Made by a program: the position numbers and the translations under genes. From the NCBI GenBank assembly GCA_022652485.1, contig JALCRK010000003.1, positions 35,798 through 99,797 of the forward strand: a DNA stretch of 64,000 nucleotides, read 5' to 3'. Under the pieces are notes generated by a model. It had not been told where the DNA came from. It saw nothing but the letters and a program-made list of their open reading frames with translations, and ran no database searches. The stretch comes from Sphingobium sp. (GTDB taxonomy: Bacteria; Pseudomonadota; Alphaproteobacteria; Sphingomonadales; Sphingomonadaceae). Shown here in pieces: positions 26,809 through 34,078 of the stretch (position 1 is its first letter; every line of letters starts with the position of its first letter).

Positions 26809-27810
26809 ATGACCAAAGTTTCCGTACTCGATCTCGTCCCCGTCACCGAAGGTGGCACCGTCCGCGAGGCGCTGCTTCGCGCCGCCGACCTAGCCCGGCA
26901 CGCGGAGACCCTGGGCTATGAACGCTATTGGACTGCGGAGCACCACGGAATGCCCGGCATCGCGTCGGCCGCAACCTCCGTTGTCCTCGCCCATGTGGGG
27001 GCCGCGACCAGCACTATTCGCATCGGTGCGGGCGGCATCATGCTGCCCAATCACGCGCCACTCGCCATTGCGGAGCAGTTCGGTACGCTGGAAGCGCTGT
27101 TTCCCGGCCGCGTCGATCTCGGCCTCGGACGCGCGCCCGGTTCGGACCAGCGGGTCGCGCAGGCAATGCGGCGCAACATGACGAGCGGCGCGGAAAATTT
27201 CCCGCAGGACGTGATCGAGCTGCAGGCGTTTCTCGCGGGCGACGGACGCCTACCCTTTCAGGCGACGCCCGGCGCGGAGTCCAACGTGCCGCTGTGGATC
27301 TTGGGATCGAGCCTTTATGGCGCGCAGCTCGCCGCGCATCTCGGCCTGCCGTACGCCTTCGCCTCGCACTTCGCGCCCGACATGCTCGATGACGCGCTCC
27401 ACATCTACCGCCGCGATTTCAAGCCCTCGGCGCAGTTGCAGCAGCCCTATGCGATGGCCGGGTTCAACATCTTCGCGGCGGATAGCCAGGAAGAGGCGGA
27501 AAACATCGCCACTTCCATGATGCAGGCGGTGGTGGCGCTACGCACCGGCACACCAGGCCGCCTGCAGCCGCCCAAGCCTGGATATCGCGACACTCTGCCA
27601 CCGATGGCGCAGGCAATGCTCGACAATTTCCTCGCGGCATCGAGCATCGGCACGCAGGCGGTTGTGGAACGAGACCTCGCCGCCTTCATCCGCCGCACCC
27701 GCGTGGACGAGATCATCGTCGGTGGGCATATCTACGATCAGGCAGCGCGCAAGCGATCGCTCGAAATCGGCATGACAGCGATGCAGGCGGTCGAGGCAGT
27801 CGCGGTCTAG
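26809..27810 (+). CDS. LLM-class (luciferase-like) flavin-dependent oxidoreductase
   Basis: [62 protein letters not shown]. Its TAG stop lies inside the terminal CTAG of the adjacent repeat. Confidence 0.9.
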   Translation: MTKVSVLDLVPVTEGGTVREALLRAADLARHAETLGYERYWTAEHHGMPGIASAATSVVLAHVGAATSTIRIGAGGIMLPNHAPLAIAEQFGTLEALFPGRVDLGLGRAPGSDQRVAQAMRRNMTSGAENFPQDVIELQAFLAGDGRLPFQATPGAESNVPLWILGSSLYGAQLAAHLGLPYAFASHFAPDMLDDALHIYRRDFKPSAQLQQPYAMAGFNIFAADSQEEAENIATSMMQAVVALRTGTPGRLQPPKPGYRDTLPPMAQAMLDNFLAASSIGTQAVVERDLAAFIRRTRVDEIIVGGHIYDQAARKRSLEIGMTAMQAVEAVAV

Positions 27811-27913
27811 AGCACGCTGCGTTAAATCTGACGCAGGACGCGCGCTCTATATTTTTGTTGGCGCATCGTTTTTTGCGCAAAACCGGTTCCCACTTTTGCG
27901 CACGATGCTCTAG
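27807..27913 (+). repeat. MITE/RIME-like two-hairpin intergenic repeat, full copy 1 (termini CTAGAGC...GCTCTAG)
   Basis: Near-identical to 62524-62631. Left hairpin AGAGCACGCTGCGT..ACGCAGGACGCGCGCTCT. Right hairpin GCATCG-T5-TGCGCAAAA-CCGGTTCCCAC-TTTTGCGCA-CGATGC. Confidence 0.85.
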
Positions 27914-28449
27914 CTGCCCGGCTTCCATTGGCGGCGTTCCTCGGCGGTGCGCAGCACATCATAAGCCGCCTGTATCGCCTGAAAACGGATCGCGGCCTCC
28001 TTGTCGTCAGGCTTCACATCCGGGTGATTTTCCTTCGCCAGCCGACGCCAGCTCTTGCGCACGGCCTCAAAGTCGGCGTCGCTTTCCAGCCCGAGAATCT
28101 CCAGTGCGCGCATCTCGTCCCGGCTCCGGGTGCCATCTCCCGGCGCGCCCCAGCCATAGAAGGCACCGCCGGAAAACCCCCCCGCATCACGCCGCTCCTC
28201 ACGCTCGCGGTTGGCGCGTTCCTCCTCGTCCAGCCCCTGAAAATAGTCCCAGCCACGATTATATTCCGCCGCGTGGGCCTGGCAGAAATACCAGCGTTCC
28301 TTGCTGTTGGGGGATTTGGGCGCGGGGCACTCGCCCGGCTGATCGCAGCCATGCCGGTCGCACAGCCGCACCTGCTGCGCCGCGCGCTCCGATCCATAAC
28401 CGCCCCAGCGGGGAAAGCCCCAGTCGTTCCGTCTGCCTTGCCGTGCCAT
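27910..28449 (-). CDS. J-domain (DnaJ-like) protein
   Basis: C-terminal J domain: LEILGLESDADFEAVRKSWRRLAKENHPDV (HPD). N-terminal Cys-rich region. ATG at 28449. Its stop is the CTA of the repeat's terminal CTAG. Confidence 0.8.
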   Translation of the reverse strand: MARQGRRNDWGFPRWGGYGSERAAQQVRLCDRHGCDQPGECPAPKSPNSKERWYFCQAHAAEYNRGWDYFQGLDEEERANREREERRDAGGFSGGAFYGWGAPGDGTRSRDEMRALEILGLESDADFEAVRKSWRRLAKENHPDVKPDDKEAAIRFQAIQAAYDVLRTAEERRQWKPGS

Positions 28450-28540
28450 AAGCTGAGCAGTGTAACCGCCGTCCCTTACAGAAGAAAGACGGCATCCCAA
28501 GTTTTTCTCTTCGGTTTGAAGCAGGCATTTGCTAAAGCGG

Positions 28541-28985
28541 CGGCGCCAGAGGGTCGGGCGGCCGCGGCTTGCGCAAGCGAGGCGAGGAAAGTCCGGGCTC
28601 CACGAAACAACGGTGCCGGCTAACTGCCGGCGGGGCCAAAAGCTTGCTTGGACGCCTCAGGGACAGTGCAACAGAGAGCAGGTCGCGTCAGCCTCAGGGC
28701 TTAGGGCTTCGGCCGCGCGAAGGTGAAAGGGTGCGGTAAGAGCGCACCGCGCCCCCGGCAACGGCGGGCGGCACGGTAAACCCCACCGGGAGCAAGACCG
28801 AATAGGGACGGCGCGCTTTTCGGCAACGGAAAGCAGGGTGTTTCGCCCCAGATCGTCCGGGTTGGTTGCTTGAGGGGCGGAGTAATCCGCCTCCTAGAGG
28901 AATGGCCGCCCATCCGTTTACGCGTCTTCGCAAGAGGATACGGTGGCGGTGGACAGAACCCGGCTTATAGACCCTCTGGCGCTTT
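28541..28985 (+). ncRNA. rnpB: RNase P RNA, bacterial type A
   Basis: P1 pairing GCGCCAGAGGGTC (28543-) with GACCCTCTGGCGC (-28982). Universally conserved GAGGAAAGTCCGGGCTCC near the 5' end and ACAGAACCCGGCTTA near the 3' end, plus GGTAAACCCCACC. Confidence 0.92.
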
Positions 28986-29189
28986 AGAGGACAAGATCGC
29001 GGCCGAAAGTCACGAAAGTCACACCCTGTCGCGGGGTGTTTGATCCCCCTGCCCCAGAACGCAGCATGATGATGATGGCTGCGCGCAATTGATCGAACCC
29101 ATCAAAGAGCCTGCATATCTGGGCCAGCCACTCCCGCCGCCCGAAAAGATAGTCCGCGCGCCAATATGCAGCCGCGCCTTATTCATGTG

Positions 29190-29243
29190 GTCGCATCGTG
29201 CATTGCCAAAAACCGGTTCCCACTTTTTGGCACGATGCTCCAG
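29190..29243 (+). repeat. half copy (right hairpin only) of the MITE-like repeat
   Basis: GCATCGTGCAT-TGCCAAAAA-CCGGTTCCCAC-TTTTTGGCA-CGATGCTCCAG. The loop is identical to copies 1 and 3, and the stem carries two compensatory base-pair changes. Confidence 0.75.
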
Positions 29244-29575
29244 CATCCAAGGCCGGATCGCGTAATGCCGGGCGCGCGTCTCTCTCCCGCAGGCGGGAGG
29301 GGCAAGCGGATGCCACCGGCTGGCGCGACCCACAATGGATCACGCGGCGGGAGGCGACATGGCGAACCTGCGCGGGGGCAGCGATATGGGGCCTTTGGAG
29401 GGCGTGTATCAAAGGATGCCAGCTGTAGGACAGGGGATATTGCAATTGGCGGACTGCCCATCCCTTGTCCCGTTCCGGAACGCCGGACAATTACCTCCAG
29501 ATTGGCGGTAATGGCGCATTGCATCCGCCCGCCCGATCTGGGATGCGCGGAGTGTTGTATTTATCGGGGGATCGC

Positions 29576-30379
29576 ATGAAGGTGACGAAATGGGCTGGCG
29601 CGGCGGTTGCGGGCGCGATGATGATGGCTGGGCCGGGGACGGCGGGTGCGGTCGTGGTGCTGGATCAGTTGTCGCAGGTTCCAAACGTGACTGGAAAGTT
29701 TACGATCGCTGCATCTGTAGGCTATTTTGATCCCGCTTATTCTTTTCCGCGTTATGCGGGCACTCGGGTTTCATTTTCACAAGGTATGACTGCTGGTGCC
29801 AGAGGAAAGCTCGATCACATTGACTTTTCTCATGGTATCAATTTCAGTTCTTGGGGTCTACCTACTTCAGGATTATTAGTCGTTTCTCTGTTTGATGGAG
29901 ATTATGCAACAGGGGCACGAACCTTAGTGGGGCAATCGATGTTTGATTTTGCATCAGTGGGAAACGGCATCACCAACGGCGATCCGAACCTTCTGAATTT
30001 TACATTTCAGACCAGCTCGTTCAACTATCGAGTAAAAGATGGACAGGCATTTAGCGTTCTTTTCGATACCACGTCGAACACTTCTGGTCTAAATTATTTC
30101 AATAGAGGCTATGGCGATTTCGACCTCAGCACAATTACTCCCAACATCTCCCAATACTACGGATCAAATTATACGGGTGGTAAATTTCAATTCTATTTGG
30201 ATGGAACCGCAATATCACCTCCGGAAGACGTAGCTGATAGCGACCTCACCTTCGCCTCCTATGTCGATACCAGCGGAGGCGTCCCCGAGCCCGCGACATG
30301 GGCGCTGATGATCTTCGGCTTTGGTGGAATCGGCGCAGCGTTGCGGCGGCGGGGGAAGCGCGTTTCCGCGTTGGCTTAG
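29576..30379 (+). CDS. PEPxxWA-CTERM sorting-domain secreted protein
   Basis: N-terminal signal/TM segment (AGAAVAGAMMMAGPGTAGA). C-terminal VPEPATWALMIFGFGGIGAALRRR. The central region is Ser/Asn/Phe/Tyr-rich. ATG at 29576. Confidence 0.8.
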   Translation: MKVTKWAGAAVAGAMMMAGPGTAGAVVVLDQLSQVPNVTGKFTIAASVGYFDPAYSFPRYAGTRVSFSQGMTAGARGKLDHIDFSHGINFSSWGLPTSGLLVVSLFDGDYATGARTLVGQSMFDFASVGNGITNGDPNLLNFTFQTSSFNYRVKDGQAFSVLFDTTSNTSGLNYFNRGYGDFDLSTITPNISQYYGSNYTGGKFQFYLDGTAISPPEDVADSDLTFASYVDTSGGVPEPATWALMIFGFGGIGAALRRRGKRVSALA

Positions 30380-30404
30380 CTGGCCCTATCGGACTGACTG
30401 ACGT

Positions 30405-30469
30405 GCTCCTGCGAACGCAGGAGCCCAGTTGCCAGCGTCCGTCTGTGTTCCTGCCTTCGCAGGAACACA
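30405..30469. repeat. two REP-like hairpins (GCTCCTGCG-AA-CGCAGGAGC; TGTGTTCCTGC-CTTC-GCAGGAACACA) between convergent genes
   Basis: Read directly. Both share the core TCCTGC..GCAGGA. Confidence 0.7.
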
Positions 30470-30485
30470 GTCACATCACCCCACT

Positions 30486-31169
30486 TCATTCATCCCCGGT
30501 CGGCTTGGGCAGCAGCAGCGCCAGCAGGATCGCGCGGCACTCGCCGCAGATCACGCCGTCGATCAGCTCCGGCCTGAACCTCCGCTGGAAGGCCCGCACC
30601 GCGGCCTCGCCATCCTTAATGTCATAGCCAAAGCGCTCCAGCGCCAGCATGAAGGCGCTGTCCGACCAGAGCGGGTCCATCAGATGCTTGGTCGGGCGGG
30701 GCAGCGCCAGCCGCAGCCGCGCCAGCTTCATCCAGGGAAACAGCTCGCCGGGATCCTGCTTGCGCTCCGGCGCGACATCGGAATGGCCGACGATATTGCC
30801 GCGGGTGATGCCGTGGCGCTGCACGATCTCGTGCACGAGCGGGATCAGCGCCTCGATCTGCGCATCCGGGAACGGGCGATACCCCCATTCGTGGCCGGGG
30901 TTGACGATCTCGATGCCGATGCTGGCGGAATTGATATCGGTGATGCCGCGCCACCAGCTCTTGCCCGCGTGCCAGGCGCGCTTCTCCTCCGCCACCATGC
31001 GGACGATCTCGCCCTCCTCGGTCACGACATAATGCGCGGAGACCTTCGATTCCGGGTTGGCAAGCCAGTCGATCGCGCTTTGTGCATCGGGCATACCCGT
31101 ATAGTGCAGCACCAGCATCGATATGGGCAGCTTGCGCTCATCATGATTGGGTGACGGCCGTTCCTTCAC
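30486..31169 (-). CDS. ampD: N-acetylmuramoyl-L-alanine amidase (AmpD-like) with a PG-binding C-terminus
   Basis: PSPNHDER, LVLHYTGM, SAHYVV, RAWHAG, IGIEIVN, IVGHSDVAPERKQDPG. Confidence 0.88.
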   Translation of the reverse strand: MKERPSPNHDERKLPISMLVLHYTGMPDAQSAIDWLANPESKVSAHYVVTEEGEIVRMVAEEKRAWHAGKSWWRGITDINSASIGIEIVNPGHEWGYRPFPDAQIEALIPLVHEIVQRHGITRGNIVGHSDVAPERKQDPGELFPWMKLARLRLALPRPTKHLMDPLWSDSAFMLALERFGYDIKDGEAAVRAFQRRFRPELIDGVICGECRAILLALLLPKPTGDE

Positions 31170-31238
31170 CAGATGTTCCTGCCCTTTTCAGCCCTGATCT
31201 TTATTCGGGCCTTACAATGGCGGACAAGCGGGGAACGA

Positions 31239-32078
31239 TCAAGCGGCTTCCGAACGCCGATAGGCGCCGCGATGCTCCGGGCAGGAGGAAAAATCCGCCG
31301 TAAGCCCGATGCTGGTCTCCCCCGCGCCGAGCAACAGCCAGCCGCCGGGCGATGCATGGCGCGCCAGCTGGGCAAAGAGCTGCTGCTTCTTTTCCGCGGT
31401 GAAATAGAGCAGCACATTCCGGCACAGGATCATGTCATAGGTGCCGCGGGGCGCTTCCGGCGCGAACAGGTTATCAACCTGAAACTCGACCATGTCACGC
31501 AATGTGGGGCTGATGCGCCAGTGATCGCCCTCGGGCTCCATCCAGCGGAGCATGTCCGACACCGGCAACCCGCGCTGCGCCTCCATCTGCGGGACGATGC
31601 CGGATCTGGCGCGGGCGATGGCGCTGTGAGAGATGTCCGTCGCCAGTATCTCCATCTTCCATTCGGGCCAGCCGGTCCTGCCGTTGAGGAACAGCATGGC
31701 GAGCGACCAGGCCTCCTGCCCGCTTGAGCACCCGGCGCACCAGACGCGCAATGTCTTCCCACGCCCTTCGACGGTGGCGCGCTCCATCGCGGCTGGCAGC
31801 AGATGGCGGCCGATCATCTCGAAGATATGCGGATCGCGGAAGAAACTGGTCTCGTTATTGAGCAGCGCGTCGACCACTTCGGTGGCGAGAGCGTCGCCGC
31901 GCTCGTTGCGGATGGCATCCACCAGCGCATCGAGGGAGGCGAAACCCCGCGCACGCAGCACCGGCCCCAGCGATGCCTCGATCCGCCACATGCGGCCATC
32001 GGACAGGATTTGCCCGGTGCGCTGCTCCAGCAGGTCCATCAAACTGCGTACGGAGGCTGTAACCGAGATTTCCCTCAT
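31239..32078 (-). CDS. cheR: chemotaxis protein methyltransferase CheR
   Basis: NETSFFRDPHIF, LRVWCAGCSSGQEAWSLAM, ILCRNVLLYF. The ATG at 32078 forms an ATGA overlap with the cheB stop. Confidence 0.9.
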   Translation of the reverse strand: MREISVTASVRSLMDLLEQRTGQILSDGRMWRIEASLGPVLRARGFASLDALVDAIRNERGDALATEVVDALLNNETSFFRDPHIFEMIGRHLLPAAMERATVEGRGKTLRVWCAGCSSGQEAWSLAMLFLNGRTGWPEWKMEILATDISHSAIARARSGIVPQMEAQRGLPVSDMLRWMEPEGDHWRISPTLRDMVEFQVDNLFAPEAPRGTYDMILCRNVLLYFTAEKKQQLFAQLARHASPGGWLLLGAGETSIGLTADFSSCPEHRGAYRRSEAA

Positions 32079-33154
32079 GACGGCAATCCGCATTTTTCGC
32101 GGAGATAGTGGGGTATGTCCGAAGGCGCCAGCAGGGCGGAGGCAATGCCTTCCCGCGCGACGGAGGCAGGCATTCCCCATATGGTGCAGCTGGGCCGGTC
32201 CTGCGCGATGACGACGCCGCCCTCGCCAACGATCGCCCGCCCGCCTGCGGTGCCGTCCCGCCCGATGCCGGTAAGAACGATGCCAAGCGCGCCCGCGCCA
32301 TAGCTGCGCGCCATGCCCGCGAACATGTGGTTTACGGATGGCCGCGTGAAAGTGTCGGGGTCGCAATCATGCGCGAGCCCCACCCGCACCGTGCCGCCAT
32401 CCCGCCAGCAGGAGAGGCTGGCCTCGCCCGGAGCGATGAGGATATGGCCGGGGCGCAGCTCCTCGCCTTCGCGCGCGACCGAAACCGGAAGGTGAGACAT
32501 CCGGGCAACCTGCCGGGCATAATGGGGTATGAAGGGGGCAGGCAGATGCTGGGTGACGAGAATGGGCACTGGGGGTTTTCCCGGCAGCGCTCCCAGCAGA
32601 TCGGCGAGCGCATGGATGCCGCCCGTCGATGCGCCGATGCCGATGCACTCCACCCGAAAGCCCTGCGGCACGGGGCGGTGCACGATCGGAGCCCGGTCCG
32701 CCGCGCGATACCGTCCGGCGGCGGCAAGGCGGCGTATGCGCATAAGCAACTGATCGGCGAACTGCTGACCCGAATCCCCGCTCGCTGGCTTGGCAATGGC
32801 ATCGCTGGCCCCGAGCGAGAGCGCCGCCACCGCAATCTTGCTGCCACGTTGGCAGTGCGAAGAGAGCATGATGACATGCGCGTTGCGGGCAGCGTTCAGG
32901 AGCTGAGGCAATGCGTCGAGGCCATTCTGCCCCGGCATCTCATGATCGAGCAGGATGATGTCGGCCTGCTGGCCGGCGAGGAATGCGTACGCCTCGTCGA
33001 GATGGCCCGCTGTGCACACCAGCTCCACATCGGAAATGCGGGCGAAGATGCCCGCCACGACCGAACGCACCACAACCGAATCATCGATCATGAGAACACG
33101 GACTGCGTTAGCCTGCGCGCTGCGGATGGAAGTTGCAGGCAGTATGGCGTTCAT
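32075..33154 (-). CDS. cheB: protein-glutamate methylesterase/glutaminase CheB (REC + methylesterase)
   Basis: REC domain (VLMIDDS..ILLDHEMP). IGIGASTGG, ILVTQHLP, and SVNHMF..GIVLTGIGRDG catalytic blocks. Confidence 0.93.
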   Translation of the reverse strand: MNAILPATSIRSAQANAVRVLMIDDSVVVRSVVAGIFARISDVELVCTAGHLDEAYAFLAGQQADIILLDHEMPGQNGLDALPQLLNAARNAHVIMLSSHCQRGSKIAVAALSLGASDAIAKPASGDSGQQFADQLLMRIRRLAAAGRYRAADRAPIVHRPVPQGFRVECIGIGASTGGIHALADLLGALPGKPPVPILVTQHLPAPFIPHYARQVARMSHLPVSVAREGEELRPGHILIAPGEASLSCWRDGGTVRVGLAHDCDPDTFTRPSVNHMFAGMARSYGAGALGIVLTGIGRDGTAGGRAIVGEGGVVIAQDRPSCTIWGMPASVAREGIASALLAPSDIPHYLREKCGLPS

Positions 33155-33187
33155 CGCCTGATCCTGAGCGAAATTATCCCGGGCGTG

Positions 33188-33550
33188 TCAGAGCACGCCG
33201 ACGATCTGCAGCTTGCTTTCCAGCGTATCCCGATCGAACGGCTTCATCACATATTCGTCCGCCCCGGCATCGAGCGCGGCCTTGATATGCCCGAGCCCAT
33301 TTTCCGTGGTGCAAAAGATCACCTTGGGACGGCGGGCATTGGTGGCGTTAAGCTGTTGCAAAAATTCCATGCCGCTCATCACCGGCATGTTCCAGTCTAG
33401 TAGCACGACGTCATGGTCGCTGCTCTGACACTGGTTCAGCGCGTCACGGCCGTCGCAGGCCTCACTCACGCTGATGTCGAGCGATTCGAGAATGTGGCGT
33501 GCGACCTTACGAATGACCTTGGAATCATCCACTACCAAGCAGTTTTTCAT
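33188..33550 (-). CDS. cheY: chemotaxis response regulator CheY
   Basis: A 120-aa single REC domain: LVVDDS, VLLDWNMP, KP. Confidence 0.92.
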   Translation of the reverse strand: MKNCLVVDDSKVIRKVARHILESLDISVSEACDGRDALNQCQSSDHDVVLLDWNMPVMSGMEFLQQLNATNARRPKVIFCTTENGLGHIKAALDAGADEYVMKPFDRDTLESKLQIVGVL

Positions 33551-33622
33551 ACCGGTTTCCCTAAAAGTGGGCTTATTTCATCATTATAGGCTGGAAAGCT
33601 GAGCGAAAGGTAAACACCATAC

Positions 33623-34078
33623 TCAGGCTGCTTGCGCGCAGACGCCCAGCTCGAGAAAACCGGAGAGGGACACGAGAAAATGCGGATCTCCGCCATTTTC
33701 GATCACCCCCTTGGCATAAGGTTGCCATGCCGGATCGATCCGGCCGCAGATCGGGAGAGGAAGAGTGTCGATCGTCTGGATGTCATCGACCCGATCGACC
33801 AATATGCCATATCCATGACCGCTGATCTCGCACACGATCACATGAAATTCGCTCTCGGTATCCTCCTGCGGGCGCACGCATGATTTTTGCCTGCGTACCA
33901 GCGCGGCCGCATCGATCACCGTGAGGACGCGGCTGCGCAGCGCAGAAAGTCCGGCAACATGATCCGAAACGCCCGGCACGGGCGAAAGCTCGTTGAGGCG
34001 CACCACTGCATCGACCTCGTCCGTACTCACCGCGATCGGCGTTCCCGCAATATGCGCAAAAAGATAGAGCCCGTTCAT
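33623..34078 (-). CDS. cheW: chemotaxis coupling protein CheW
   Basis: CheW-like domain (151 aa). 4-nt overlap with cheA. Confidence 0.88.
   Translation of the reverse strand: MNGLYLFAHIAGTPIAVSTDEVDAVVRLNELSPVPGVSDHVAGLSALRSRVLTVIDAAALVRRQKSCVRPQEDTESEFHVIVCEISGHGYGILVDRVDDIQTIDTLPLPICGRIDPAWQPYAKGVIENGGDPHFLVSLSGFLELGVCAQAA

Noticed and set aside
27855-28623. Pro/Arg-rich + strand ORFs (198 aa and 231 aa)
   Set aside because: They are antisense to the J-domain protein gene and run into rnpB. Low complexity.
28990-29045. Intrinsic terminator for rnpB (ACACCC-N7-GGGTGT + TTGAT) and the direct repeat GAAAGTCAC x2
   Set aside because: The stem is only 6 bp and the T-tract is weak, too marginal to call as a feature.
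29019-29333. 104-aa minus-strand ORF containing ..LEHRAKKWEPVFGN..
   Set aside because: The conserved-looking peptide is produced by translating the MITE-like repeat (the same peptide appears in 27713-27928 and 62564-62803). The conservation is at the nucleotide/structure level, not protein-coding.
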